Of a DNA stretch of 46,407 nt, positions 22,820 to 34,100 are shown piece after piece; position 1 is the stretch's first letter; the number at the start of each line of letters is the position of its first letter. Position numbers and translations under genes: made by a program. Location: positions 1 through 46,407 of the forward strand of contig DVJX01000042.1 of NCBI GenBank assembly GCA_018716405.1, written 5' to 3'. Below the pieces are notes generated by a model that was not told where the DNA came from, did no database searches, and was given only the letters and a program-made list of their open reading frames with translations. This DNA is from Candidatus Faecisoma merdavium. Its GTDB lineage: Bacteria > Bacillota_I > Bacilli_A > RF39 > UBA660.

Positions 22820-23728
22820 ATGCATATAAGTGTTTTATTAGAGGAATGTATTAATAATTTAAATTTAAAAGAAGAAAGTATTGTTGTTGATTGCACTTTA
22901 GGGTATGCAGGACATAGTAGTGAAATATTAAAGAAAATAAAAAAAGGCTATTTATATGCTTTTGATCAAGACAATGAAGCAATATTAAATGCAGATAAAA
23001 AATTAAAAAGTATAGGAGATAATTATAAAATTATTAATAGTAACTTTGTTAATTTAAAGGAAGAATTAAACAAATTAAACATTAAAGAAGTAGATTCAAT
23101 TTTATATGATTTGGGAGTATCAAGTCCACAATTAGATGAAAAAGAAAGAGGATTTAGTTTTCATCAAGATGCAAGACTTGATATGAGAATGAATCAAGAC
23201 CAAGAATTAGATGCTTATTATGTTGTTAATAATTATGATTTAAATAAATTAGTTGATATTTTTAGAAAATATGGTGAAGAGAAATATGCTCTATCAATAG
23301 CTAAAGGAATTGTTAAAAATAGACCAATTACAACTACTTTAGAGTTATCTGAAGTAATAAAAGACAATGTGCCATTTAGTTATAAGAAGGAAAAACATCC
23401 AGCAAGAAAAGTATTTCAAGCTATTAGAATTGAAGTAAATGATGAATTAAATGTTTTCGAGAAAAGTTTAAGGCAAGCTTTAGATCTGATTAAAATAGGT
23501 GGTAGAATTGAAGTTATAACTTTTCATTCTTTAGAAGATAAAATATGTAAAAAGATATTTGATGAAGTAAGTAAAGTTGATAAAAATTTAAGAAATCTAC
23601 CTATTATTCCTACTTCATATCAACCAAAGTTTAAAATAGTAGGAAATATTAATCCAAGTTTTGAAGAATTAAATAATAATAATAGAGCAAGAAGTGCAAA
23701 ATTAAGAATAATTGAAAGGGTAAGATAA
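22820..23728 (+). CDS. rsmH: 16S rRNA (cytosine1402-N4)-methyltransferase RsmH
   Basis: HISVLLEE, DCTLGYAGHS, DLGVSSPQLD and FHSLEDK motifs. Position immediately after mraZ. Confidence 0.9.
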   Translation: MHISVLLEECINNLNLKEESIVVDCTLGYAGHSSEILKKIKKGYLYAFDQDNEAILNADKKLKSIGDNYKIINSNFVNLKEELNKLNIKEVDSILYDLGVSSPQLDEKERGFSFHQDARLDMRMNQDQELDAYYVVNNYDLNKLVDIFRKYGEEKYALSIAKGIVKNRPITTTLELSEVIKDNVPFSYKKEKHPARKVFQAIRIEVNDELNVFEKSLRQALDLIKIGGRIEVITFHSLEDKICKKIFDEVSKVDKNLRNLPIIPTSYQPKFKIVGNINPSFEELNNNNRARSAKLRIIERVR

Positions 23729-23730
23729 TT

Positions 23731-24018
23731 ATGAAAAAGAAGAAAAAGGGATTGACTAAAGGTGAAAAATTATTGTATTTTAGTGGTGTTATGTGTTTTA
23801 CATTAGCAATTGTAATTAAAATATTTTTTGGCGCCAGTATCGGTAATTATAAAATGAGTAATGAAAAAATTAAATATAATATTCAAACTGAAGAAAAAAC
23901 AGTTGAAAGTTTAACTATGCAAGTAAATGAACTTACTGCATTTGATAATATTTCTAAAATTGTTAAAGAATTAGGATTAGCTTATAATAACGATAATATA
24001 GTGGTTATAACTGATTAG
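23731..24018 (+). CDS. ftsL: FtsL-like cell-division protein
   Basis: 95 aa: basic N-terminus, one TM helix, coiled-coil-like ectodomain. Canonical position between rsmH and the class B PBP. Confidence 0.6.
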   Translation: MKKKKKGLTKGEKLLYFSGVMCFTLAIVIKIFFGASIGNYKMSNEKIKYNIQTEEKTVESLTMQVNELTAFDNISKIVKELGLAYNNDNIVVITD

Positions 24019-24031
24019 GAAGGTGAAATAT

Positions 24032-26161
24032 ATGAAAACAAGAACTAACAAATGGAAATCTCCAATGATAGCATTTTGCTTTTTTCTTGTTTTTATTTTT
24101 GTTTTATATTTACAATATTTGTATCTTTCTTTATCTAGTAATGTATATGGTATTAATATGCAAGAATTTGCAAATAATAGAAACACTTATTCTTCAACAT
24201 TATATGCAAAAAGAGGAACAATTTATGACGTTCAAGGAGACATTTTAGCTACAGATGTTTCTAGTTATACTGTAATTGCATATTTAGATGAAAGTAGGAC
24301 AGGTTCTTCTTCTACCTTATATCATGTTCAAGATAAACAAAAAACTGCTGAAGCTTTATCACCACTGCTTAATATGGACGTTGATACTTTATTAGAACTA
24401 TTAAATAAAGATGCCTATCAAGTTGAATTGGGACCAGGTGGTAGAGGAATTAGTGAAGTATTAAAAAAGCAAATTGAAGAATTGAATTTACCAGGGATTG
24501 ATTTTATTGAAAGTTATAAAAGATTTTATCCAAATGGTGATTTTGCTTCTTATTTAATTGGATATGCCAAGAAAAATGAAGTTATGGTTGATGATAAACT
24601 TGAAAATGTCATGCAAGGAGAACTTGGTATAGAAGTTAAATATGATGATATATTAAAAGGAACAAATGGTTATATTTCATATCAACAAGATAGATATGGT
24701 TATAAGATTCCAGATACTCCAGAGGAAAATGTTCCTGCAATTGATGGCAGTGATATTTATTTAACTATTGATGCCAATATTCAAAGAATATTAGAAGCTG
24801 AAGCTGATAAAATAGTTGAAAGTTATGATCCAGAATGGCTAACAGTAACAATTATGGATGCTAAAACTGGAGACATATTAGGTTCGGTTTCAGAGCCATC
24901 TTTTGATCCTAATATTTTAAATATAACAAATTATGAAAATCCTTTAACATCTTTTGTATATGAACCAGGAAGTGTTATGAAAATATTTACTTATATGTGT
25001 GCAATAGAAAAAGGTACTTATGTAGGAAATCAGACATATATGTCTGGTAATATTGATATTGAAGGTACTAAAATATATGACTGGAATAAATATGGTTGGG
25101 GAGAAATAACTTATGATCATGGCTTTGAAATGTCTAGTAATGTTGGAACAGTAAATATGATGCAAAATTTTTTAACTAAAGATGATTTAAAACAATGCTT
25201 AACATCTTATGGATTTGGTTCACCAACAAATATCGAATTACCACGAGAATTATCTGGTAGTCTCGTATTTAATTATCCAGTTGAAGTAGCAGCTGCTTCA
25301 TATGGCCAAGGAATTACTGCAACACCTATTCAACAACTTCAGGCTTTAAGTATTATTGCAAACAATGGACATATGTTAAAACCAAATATTATTAGTAAAA
25401 TTGTAAAAGATGGTGAAGTAACTTATGAAAGACAAGTTACTAAAAGTGATCGAATAGTAAGTGAACAAACAGTTGAAAAAATAAAAGAATTGATGTATAA
25501 TGCAGTTAATAATGTTGAAGGTGGTGCAATAGGGACTGCATATATAGTAGATGGATTAGATGTTATTGGAAAAACTGGTACTGCAGAAATTGCAGATTTG
25601 GAAAATGGTGGTTATTTAACTGGTTGGTTAGATAGTATTTATTCTTTCTCTGGTATGTTTCCTAAAGATGATCCTGAAATAATAATCTTTGCTTCTATAA
25701 AAAGACCAAATAATGGTTCAAATATAGGTTTAAAAACAATGTCAAATGCAATTATGGAATCAATTGGTAAATATTTAGGATTAATTGGTGGAGATAGTAT
25801 AGATACAAATAAAAGTTTTCAAATTGGAAGTTATATAAATTTAAATACAAATGATGTAAAAGAATCTTTAGAAAATAAAGGCTTAGACGTAATTGTTTTA
25901 GGTAATGGTGATAGAATAATTAATCAGTATCCAATAAATACAACATTATTACAAGGAGATAAAATATTTTTATTAACTAATGATAGTAATATTAAAATGC
26001 CTTCATTAATTGGGTATACAAAGATTGAATGTATTTCTTTACTTAATTTACTAAATGTTGATTACGAATTTGAAGGTTATGGTTATGTTACAGAACAAAG
26101 TATAAAAGTAGGGGAAAGTATTAATGATAAAATAAAAATAATACTAAAAGAAAGGCAATAA
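24032..26161 (+). CDS. Class B penicillin-binding protein (PBP2B/FtsI type) with two C-terminal PASTA domains
   Basis: SVMK (SxxK), SSN (SxN), KTGTA (KTG). N-terminal TM helix. Two PASTA-like repeats of about 60 aa at the C-terminus. ATG 24032 follows SD AGGAAGG. Confidence 0.85.
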   Translation: MKTRTNKWKSPMIAFCFFLVFIFVLYLQYLYLSLSSNVYGINMQEFANNRNTYSSTLYAKRGTIYDVQGDILATDVSSYTVIAYLDESRTGSSSTLYHVQDKQKTAEALSPLLNMDVDTLLELLNKDAYQVELGPGGRGISEVLKKQIEELNLPGIDFIESYKRFYPNGDFASYLIGYAKKNEVMVDDKLENVMQGELGIEVKYDDILKGTNGYISYQQDRYGYKIPDTPEENVPAIDGSDIYLTIDANIQRILEAEADKIVESYDPEWLTVTIMDAKTGDILGSVSEPSFDPNILNITNYENPLTSFVYEPGSVMKIFTYMCAIEKGTYVGNQTYMSGNIDIEGTKIYDWNKYGWGEITYDHGFEMSSNVGTVNMMQNFLTKDDLKQCLTSYGFGSPTNIELPRELSGSLVFNYPVEVAAASYGQGITATPIQQLQALSIIANNGHMLKPNIISKIVKDGEVTYERQVTKSDRIVSEQTVEKIKELMYNAVNNVEGGAIGTAYIVDGLDVIGKTGTAEIADLENGGYLTGWLDSIYSFSGMFPKDDPEIIIFASIKRPNNGSNIGLKTMSNAIMESIGKYLGLIGGDSIDTNKSFQIGSYINLNTNDVKESLENKGLDVIVLGNGDRIINQYPINTTLLQGDKIFLLTNDSNIKMPSLIGYTKIECISLLNLLNVDYEFEGYGYVTEQSIKVGESINDKIKIILKERQ

Positions 26162-26163
26162 TT

Positions 26164-26661
26164 ATGGATTTTCGTGATATTAAAGAATTTATTAAAGATA
26201 CATTTTCATATTTAATTGTTATATTAATTGTTATATTAATAGTTGTATATGTTGTAACATTGCAACAAGTTGTAGGTTCTTCCATGAATCCTACATATAA
26301 TGAATCAGACATATTAGTTTTAAGTAAAATTCATTATAAATTATTTGAAATTAATAGAAATGATGTAGTATCGTTAAAGTACGATAATAGTAAATATTTG
26401 ATTAAAAGAGTTATAGGATTACCTGGCGAACATGTTTATTTTAAAGATAATATATTATATATTAATAATGAACCATATGAAAATAATTTTGAAACAGCAG
26501 ATTTTAATTTAAATGAATTAGGATATGATGTTATACCTGATAATATGTATTTAGTATTAGGCGATAATAGATATAATTCATTAGATAGTAGAGAAATCGG
26601 ATTGATTTCTAAAGAAGATATAATTGGTAAAGTTCTATTTAGAATTTGGCCATTAGGATAG
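26164..26661 (+). CDS. lepB: Signal peptidase I
   Basis: GSSMNPT (Ser nucleophile box), KRVIGLPGE (Lys box), GDNRYNSLDSR. Confidence 0.85.
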   Translation: MDFRDIKEFIKDTFSYLIVILIVILIVVYVVTLQQVVGSSMNPTYNESDILVLSKIHYKLFEINRNDVVSLKYDNSKYLIKRVIGLPGEHVYFKDNILYINNEPYENNFETADFNLNELGYDVIPDNMYLVLGDNRYNSLDSREIGLISKEDIIGKVLFRIWPLG

Positions 26662-26669
26662 GAGTAATT

Positions 26670-27053
26670 ATGGCATATATTAAGTTTAAAGAATTAACAA
26701 AATATTTTGATTTTAAAACAGAAATTCAACCTCAAAAATTACCTAATTATGTAGTTGAATATTGTAAAAGTGATGAAAAATTGATTTTAGGTTACAAAAA
26801 TAATAAGGATTATATTTTATTTACTGATAGAAAGATGTATTTATTTGATCGTGATGTTGCTGCAATTTATTATAAAAAGATTCATATTATTCCTTATAAA
26901 TCTATATCAAGTGGCGCAATTAATTTTAAGCCAGGTAAAGCTGAATTATTATTTTCTTTAGATAGTGGATATCAAGTACATATTAATTTTGTTAATATGA
27001 ATCATGATAAAAAAGAAAATTTAAAACGTATTTATATATCAATGTTTGAATAG
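26670..27053 (+). CDS. Bacterial PH-domain (YokE-like) protein
   Basis: SD AGGAG, then ATG 26670. The pattern DEKLILGYKNNKDYILFTDRKMYLFD...IPYKSISS...ELLFSL resembles bPH-type domains from memory. Confidence 0.5.
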   Translation: MAYIKFKELTKYFDFKTEIQPQKLPNYVVEYCKSDEKLILGYKNNKDYILFTDRKMYLFDRDVAAIYYKKIHIIPYKSISSGAINFKPGKAELLFSLDSGYQVHINFVNMNHDKKENLKRIYISMFE

Positions 27054-27075
27054 TAGATAAAAATCTACTTTTTTG
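27053..27075 (+). terminator. Rho-independent terminator
   Basis: GTAGAT-AAAA-ATCTAC followed by TTTTTT. Confidence 0.65.
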
Positions 27076-27135
27076 TTGTATAAAAATTATTAAAATTCCT
27101 CAATATTAACATAGAATAATATTAGGAGGGATATA

Positions 27136-29397
27136 ATGTTTGGACAATTTACAGAAGAAGCAAGAAAAATATTAGTTAACGCAAAAAAAGAAATGATGGA
27201 ATTAAAGCATCCTTATGTTGGTAGTGAACATTTATTACTTGCTATTTTAAAGTCAAAAAATAATGTTTCTAATAAATTAAAAAATTATAATTTGGATTAT
27301 GATAAATTTAAAAATAAAGTAATAGAAATTTTAGGAGTTGGATCTAAACAAAGTGAATGGTTTTTATATACACCACTTTTAAAAAGAATTATGGAAAATA
27401 GTATGTTAGATTGTAAAGAAAAATCTAGTGAAGTTTCAGTTGAATCATTATTTTCTAATATTTTAGAAGAAGGTGAAGGAGTAGCAATTAGAATATTACT
27501 TAGTTTAAATGTTGATTTAGATAAATTATATAATGAATTTAGTTATAAAATTTATAAGCCTAAGAAAAAAAAGTTATTATTAGAAGAATTAGGGACAGAT
27601 TTGACTAATAACATAGATAATGATCCAGTTGTTGGAAGAGATGAAGAAATTAAAAGAATAATTGAAATATTATCAAGAAAAAATAAAAATAATCCTTTAT
27701 TAATTGGTGAAGCAGGTGTTGGTAAGACCGCAATTGTTGAAGAACTTAGTAGAATGATTTCTTTAGGTGATGTACCTAATAATTTAAAAACAAAAAGAAT
27801 TATTAGTTTAGATATGGCTACATTGGTGGCTGGAACAAAATATCGTGGTGAGTTTGAAGAAAGAGTAAGGAAAATTTTAAAAGAAGTAGAAGAAGATGAC
27901 AATATTATTTTGTTCATTGACGAGATCCATACTTTGGTTGGAGCAGGAGGTGCAGAAGGTGCAATTGATGCATCAAATATATTTAAGCCAGCTTTAGCGA
28001 GAAATAAATTAAGATGTATTGGAGCTACCACTATTTTGGAATATAAAAAATTTATTGAAAATGATAAAGCCTTAGAAAGAAGATTTCAAAAAGTAAATAT
28101 TGATGCTCCTAATAAAGAAACTGTTAAACAAATATTATTTAAATTAAAACCAATATACGAAAAATATCATAATGTAATACTATCAGAATCAATAATAGAT
28201 AATATAATTAATTTATCTGATAAATATATATTCGATCATAATCAACCTGATAAATCAATAGATGTCTTAGATGATGTGTGTGCGAAAGTTAGTTTAAAAG
28301 AAAGTAATGAACTAAAAAAATATAAAAAATTAAATAAACAACTACAAAGTATAATTAAAAGTAAAAACGATGCTGTAAATAGTGATGATTTTAAAAAAGC
28401 TTCAAATCTTAAAGAAGAAGAATTTACTTTAATGGATCAGATAAACAATTTAGAACTAAAATTACATCATAAAAATGAAGTTACTTTAGAGGATGTTGCT
28501 TCAGTTATTAATTCAAAAACTAAAATTCCAGTTTATGAAATATTAAGTGAAAATGATATAAATAAAATAAATGAAGAATTAAAAGATATAATTGGTCAAG
28601 ATAAAGCAATAAAAGAAGTAAGCAGAATTGCTAAAAAAATTAAATTAGGTTATAAGGATAATAAATGTTATTCATTTTTATTTGCAGGTCCTTCGGGTGT
28701 AGGAAAGACGGAATTAGCTAAAATTTTTGGTAAATCTTTAGTAGGTGAGAATGTAATAAGGCTTGATATGAGTGAATTTAGTGAACCACATAGTGTAAGT
28801 AAATTCGTTGGGGCTCCTCCAGGTTATGTTGGATATAGTGATAATAAAACAATACTAGAAGAAATTAGAAATAAGCCTTTTTCTGTTTTAATACTAGATG
28901 AAATTGAAAGAGCTAATCAAACTATTATTAATTTATTATTTCAAATATTAGATAATGGTAAAATAAAAGATTCTAAAGGTGTCGATGTATATTTTAATAA
29001 TGTAATTATCATAATGACATCTAATATTGGTTTTGACGAAATAAATGTTGGATTTAATAAAAATAACGATGATCTAACAAAATTAAAAGAATATTTTAGT
29101 ATTCCATTTATTAATAGAATTGATAATATTATTTCTTTTAATAGGTTAAGTGAAGATGAAATTAGAAAAATAATTGATTTAAAAATAAAACAAATTATTA
29201 AAAAATATAAAAATATAAAAGTTAAAATAGATGATAATGTTATAAATGATATTGTTAAATTAAGTAATTATTATGAATTTGGTGCAAGAAAAATAGATAA
29301 AATTGTAAAAGATCAATTAGAAAATATTATAATCGATAAAATTATTGATAACAAAAAAAGTGTCTTTATAAAAACACTTGATTATAGTCTAAATTGA
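27136..29397 (+). CDS. clpC: ClpC-type AAA+ chaperone (ATP-dependent Clp protease ATP-binding subunit)
   Basis: Clp N-domain repeats (HPYVGSEHLLLAIL). D1 GEAGVGKTA / ILFIDEIH. UVR-like linker. D2 GPSGVGKTE / VLILDEIE. IGF loop. Confidence 0.85.
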   Translation: MFGQFTEEARKILVNAKKEMMELKHPYVGSEHLLLAILKSKNNVSNKLKNYNLDYDKFKNKVIEILGVGSKQSEWFLYTPLLKRIMENSMLDCKEKSSEVSVESLFSNILEEGEGVAIRILLSLNVDLDKLYNEFSYKIYKPKKKKLLLEELGTDLTNNIDNDPVVGRDEEIKRIIEILSRKNKNNPLLIGEAGVGKTAIVEELSRMISLGDVPNNLKTKRIISLDMATLVAGTKYRGEFEERVRKILKEVEEDDNIILFIDEIHTLVGAGGAEGAIDASNIFKPALARNKLRCIGATTILEYKKFIENDKALERRFQKVNIDAPNKETVKQILFKLKPIYEKYHNVILSESIIDNIINLSDKYIFDHNQPDKSIDVLDDVCAKVSLKESNELKKYKKLNKQLQSIIKSKNDAVNSDDFKKASNLKEEEFTLMDQINNLELKLHHKNEVTLEDVASVINSKTKIPVYEILSENDINKINEELKDIIGQDKAIKEVSRIAKKIKLGYKDNKCYSFLFAGPSGVGKTELAKIFGKSLVGENVIRLDMSEFSEPHSVSKFVGAPPGYVGYSDNKTILEEIRNKPFSVLILDEIERANQTIINLLFQILDNGKIKDSKGVDVYFNNVIIIMTSNIGFDEINVGFNKNNDDLTKLKEYFSIPFINRIDNIISFNRLSEDEIRKIIDLKIKQIIKKYKNIKVKIDDNVINDIVKLSNYYEFGARKIDKIVKDQLENIIIDKIIDNKKSVFIKTLDYSLN

Positions 29398-29883
29398 CTT
29401 TTCTTTTTTTGTTATTTCAAAGTATTTATTAATTATTTCTTTGTAAGATTCACTTTCGTTTGAGTGTATCATTTTTGCATCTAGAAAGCCATCTTTAAAA
29501 TCTAAGTCATAAAATATGGAAATACTAAAACTTTTAAGCTCATCATTTAATCCATATAGTTGTTCTTTTTGTTTTTCAGTTATACTTTTAGGCATTAAGA
29601 AGAAACCTTGATTTCCATAATTTCGTCCATTTTTAATTGTTGTTGAATTAATAAATACTAAATGACTTCTTAAAGATAATAAATAACCAATCATTTCAGA
29701 AGTTGAATTAAAATTAATTTTTTGAAGTGTTTCATCATCTTTGAAATGTGTTTTAAAATAATCACAAAAGCAAGCAATATGTAAATCATTATATATTATT
29801 TTACCTAGACGTTCAACTTGCCCATCTTTATTTTCACCATCAACTAAATTATCACCATATATTATAATTATTTTTGAACCCAT
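29389..29883 (-). CDS. Hypothetical protein
   Basis: 164-aa ORF, 3 nt downstream of the SDR gene on the same strand. Its stop overlaps the clpC 3' end by 9 nt. No recognised domain. Confidence 0.45.
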   Translation of the reverse strand: MGSKIIIIYGDNLVDGENKDGQVERLGKIIYNDLHIACFCDYFKTHFKDDETLQKINFNSTSEMIGYLLSLRSHLVFINSTTIKNGRNYGNQGFFLMPKSITEKQKEQLYGLNDELKSFSISIFYDLDFKDGFLDAKMIHSNESESYKEIINKYFEITKKEKSI

Positions 29884-29886
29884 AAA

Positions 29887-30675
29887 TTACACCCCAACAC
29901 TTTTAGTTTCAGGTAAAGTAGATCCACCATCAATAACGAATTCAGAACCTGTGATATAATTTGACATATCACTTGCTAAGAAAGCAGCTAGATTACCTAA
30001 TTCTTCAATAGTTCCCAATCTTTTCATTGGAATGCCATCAGCAATTCCTTTGATAATATTATCTGGATTATTAATATCACTATCTTTTGCAATACCTTCT
30101 ACCATTGGTGTCATAATATATCCAGGTAATATAGCATTAACAGTTATATTGTAATTTACACCTTCCATAGCTAAACTTTTAGTAAAACCAATTAATGCAG
30201 CTTTAGAAGTTGCATAAGCAACCTCACCACTATCAGCAACTTTAGGCCCAGTTACACTTGATAAATTAACAATTTTACCATAATTATCTTTCTTCATATA
30301 ATTATAAACTGCTTTAGTTACATTCCATGTACCTTTAATATTAATATTTAAATGAAAATCTCTAATTTCATCAGTCATATCTTCAAATTTTGCTAGTTTA
30401 CAAACTCCTGCATTATTAATTAATATATCAATTTTTTTAAACCTGTTATAGATATCATCTATAATTTTATCAACTAGTTCTTTATTTGTGATATCAACTT
30501 TATATCCAAGTATATTTTTTGATATAGCACTTAACTTATTTAAAGCTTCTCCTAGTTTATCTGAATAATCTAATATAATAACATTTGCCCCAAGTTTTAA
30601 AAATACTTCTGCAATACCATAACCATTTCCCATCGCACCGCCTGTTACAATCGCAACCTTATTTTCTAAGTTCAT
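29887..30675 (-). CDS. SDR-family oxidoreductase
   Basis: TGGAMGNGYG (TGxxxGxG), NNAG, and the YATSKAA (YxxxK) catalytic motif. Confidence 0.85.
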   Translation of the reverse strand: MNLENKVAIVTGGAMGNGYGIAEVFLKLGANVIILDYSDKLGEALNKLSAISKNILGYKVDITNKELVDKIIDDIYNRFKKIDILINNAGVCKLAKFEDMTDEIRDFHLNINIKGTWNVTKAVYNYMKKDNYGKIVNLSSVTGPKVADSGEVAYATSKAALIGFTKSLAMEGVNYNITVNAILPGYIMTPMVEGIAKDSDINNPDNIIKGIADGIPMKRLGTIEELGNLAAFLASDMSNYITGSEFVIDGGSTLPETKSVGV

Positions 30676-30783
30676 TTATATTACCTCCAATAATATTTTA
30701 TCATATTTATGATAAAAATAAATATAAATTTTTTAAATTAGCAAAATGTTATTTTTTAATTTATAAAATTATAATAATTAAAC

Positions 30784-30811
30784 TTGACAAAATTAAAAAT
30801 TAATGTAGAAT
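30784..30811 (+). promoter_or_regulatory. Sigma-A promoter for the 30848/31162 unit
   Basis: TTGACA (30784-30789), 16 nt, TAGAAT (30806-30811). Confidence 0.5.
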
Positions 30812-30847
30812 ATTAAGTGTTAGAGATACTGTGCTCGGAAGGTGGTG

Positions 30848-31144
30848 ATGATTTTGGATAGCAAAGATAAAGTAACTAAAAAAAGAAGCATCGTAAAGAC
30901 AATATTTGATGTTGTATTTTGGATAGTTATTATTGGATTAGCTATTGTTTGGATAACTGATTTTATTAATGTTCAAAATGATAAAAATCCAGTATTCTGC
31001 TTGAAAAACGAAACACATAAATATGACGACGGTACTGTTGAAGAATGTATTGGATTAGGTTATAAAGTATATACTTATGATCGAAGTTCTTTTAGTAAAG
31101 GTCGTCAGTTTGGTCCATTTTTTATAGGGATGCGAGAAAATTAA
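30848..31144 (+). CDS. Small single-pass membrane protein
   Basis: 98 aa from ATG 30848 after SD GGAAGGTGG. One TM helix (IFDVVFWIVIIGLAIVWI), then a Cys-containing ectodomain. Confidence 0.5.
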   Translation: MILDSKDKVTKKRSIVKTIFDVVFWIVIIGLAIVWITDFINVQNDKNPVFCLKNETHKYDDGTVEECIGLGYKVYTYDRSSFSKGRQFGPFFIGMREN

Positions 31145-31161
31145 GGGAGGTTTAAAAAAAT

Positions 31162-34100
31162 ATGGATAAGAAGAAAGTAATAGGAATTGTAGTATTTATT
31201 GTTTTAGGTTTAGTTATTTTCACATTCGCTAATCCTGCTCCATCTACATTAGATCCAGTAGATGAACCAGGACAAGAAGATAAACAACCTGACAAAGACA
31301 AACAACCAGAAGAAGGCAAAGAAGATGAAAAAGATGATTCTGAAACTGTAGGAAACATCGAAGATGATGAAGAAAAGGATGAATCAGTAGTTGATTATTA
31401 TCAATTAGCTTTAGAAGCTGTTATTAAAGCAGAAGGTTCATTAGTACAAGATGATATTGATGCTGCTAAAGATTTAATTAATAATGTTAACGAAGATTTA
31501 AAAGAAGATTTAGTTAATAGAGTTGAAAATGTTCAAAATGTCGTTGATTATAACAAATTATTAACTGAATTAGAAAATAAAGTTAATTCATCTACAAACA
31601 AAGATGAATTAAATAGTGCAAGAGATTACAATACAACTAATGATTTAGCAAATAAATTAGCTAGTTTAAATGATGATGTTAATAAAACAAATTTATTAAA
31701 TAGATATAATGTTTTATTACCTAAATTAAATGACACTACTGCACCAATGGTAAGTGGCGTTTTAAATGATTCATATGTAAACGATTTAGTATCTTTAACA
31801 ATATCTGATGATGCTAGTTTTATAGCAACTTTAAATGGAGAAAACTATATTACTGGTGCTGAAATAAAAGAAGATGGAGTTTATACTTTAGTTGTAGTTG
31901 ACTCTTCATTTAATGATACAGTTGTAACTTTTACTATTGATACAACAAAACCAACATTTAATTATACAAATGGTAAAATTGTTAAAGAAGGGACTTTAGT
32001 TTTTGATGATGCAAATTTTGATTACATTAAATTATATAATCATATAACTAAAGAAACTGAAATTATTTATGCAAATGAATTTGTTTTTGATGGAAATATA
32101 AATGTTGATAATTTAAGATATGATATTACTGGTTGTGATAAAGCAGGAAATTGTACTTCAACATTTAATTTGTATCATGATACTACTGAACCGGTTGTTT
32201 CAGGCACTGCTAAAATAGGAAGTAAAGAAGTTGAATTTATCAATGGTGGAACTTATAAAAAAGTTACATTAAATATTACAGATGGTAGTTTAAAGGAAGT
32301 TATTCTTCTTAATAATAATGAAGTTCTTAAAACTTTTAAAGATAATTTTAATTCAAGTATAAAGATGGAATTTGAACAAACTTTTATAGAAGATGGAAAT
32401 TATAAAATAAAAGCTATTGATAGGGCCGGTAATTATGAAATTATTGAATTTACAATTGATAATCAAAAACCAATTGTTAATGGAATTAAAGATGGTGAAT
32501 ACTATCAATCAGTAGTGATTACTGTTGATGATACAAGTAAATTAGGTAGTATGCATTTTAAAAGAAATGGCAAAAAATATAATTACGAATTAGGAACAGA
32601 ATTAAAAGAAGATGGTAATTATAGCTTTTATATTACTGATGTGGCAGGAAATAAATCAGAAGTAATTAATTTTGTTATTGATAATAATCCAGCTGATTAT
32701 AATGCAGTAAACTTTAATGTAGTAAGTGGATATAATGATCATAATGGAACATATTTTTATGCTACTTTTGGTGACGTAATTTATGCTCACATTAGAACTA
32801 ATGAAATATTGAGAGAAAATCCTACATTTACTTTAACTATAGGAAATGAAAAAATAGTTTTAAGTGGTGATAAAGTAAATTTCAAAGATGAAGAAAAAGA
32901 AGAATATACTTATTTATATAGTATAAACTACGAATTACCACAAGAAGAAAGATTTGAAAATTTACAAAATGTTGAAGTTAAATTAGAAATTAGTAATGTA
33001 GTTGATAAAGCTGGTAATGTTACTTTAGATAAAAAAACACAACAAAATATAATAAATATAACTAATAGTAATAAAGTGTTTATTGATACTACAGCACCTG
33101 AAAAGAGTGGATTAGTAATTTTAGGTGGAAACTATAATGTTGAAGATAAAACACGTTATGCTAATGAAGATACAAATATCTATGTTTACGCTATTTTCAA
33201 TGAAAAATTAGGTACTGTTCCAACTGTTAAAATAGATGGTAAAGAATATGTGATGGATACATTATTTGAAAATAATGGTACATATAGATATTATTCAAGA
33301 GAAGTAAAAGCTGAGAATCTTGATGAAGGATTAGTTGAATTTGAAGTTTATGGCTATAAAGATGCTGTAGGAAACAAAGGTAGAGTACTAAGTAATATAG
33401 ATATTATAGAACCTTCACAAAGCAAAGTAATTGTTGATACAATAGCTCCAACAATTAGTATTTCTGGTACTGAGGGGTTAAATAAAAATGAATATCGTAT
33501 TGAATCAGGCACTCCAATTTCTCTAGAAGATATGTTAGCAACAGCAACTGATGCATCATTTGGTGGAGAAATTAAAATTGAACCAAAAAAAGTTGATTTC
33601 TTAGCTCCTGGTAGTGTTATAGAAGACAATATTTATAATTATGATTATAAAGCAAATGGTTTTGATACTAGAAAAGTTGGAAGATATGATATTTATTATC
33701 AAGTTACAGATAAAGCTGGAAATGTAAGTGAAGAAAAATTGATGATGTTAGTTATGACTGATACAACAGCTCCTACTGTAGTTATCAATGGAAAAAATGA
33801 TATTTATGTTGAATTTGGTTCTGAATATAAAGAATTAGGTGCAACAATGACTGATAATGTTGATGCAACTATAACAAATTTAAAACCAACACAAATTGTT
33901 TTATATGATTTAAATGGTAATCATATAAAAGATGTAACAACTACTGGTGTTAATACAAATGTTGAAGGTAAATATTTACTATATTATGACTATGAAGATG
34001 GTGCAGGTAATTCATCAAAAACTGATAATGGTTATACTCCATATCAAGCTAAAAGATGGGTTATAGTTGAAGATACAGTAGGTATAATTCCTAGTGTAAC

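Noticed and set aside
27054-27135. Looked for a CtsR operator (GGTCAAA direct repeat) and ctsR/mcsA/mcsB genes upstream of clpC.
   Set aside because: No such repeat or genes are present. Their absence is not informative enough on its own to report as a finding.
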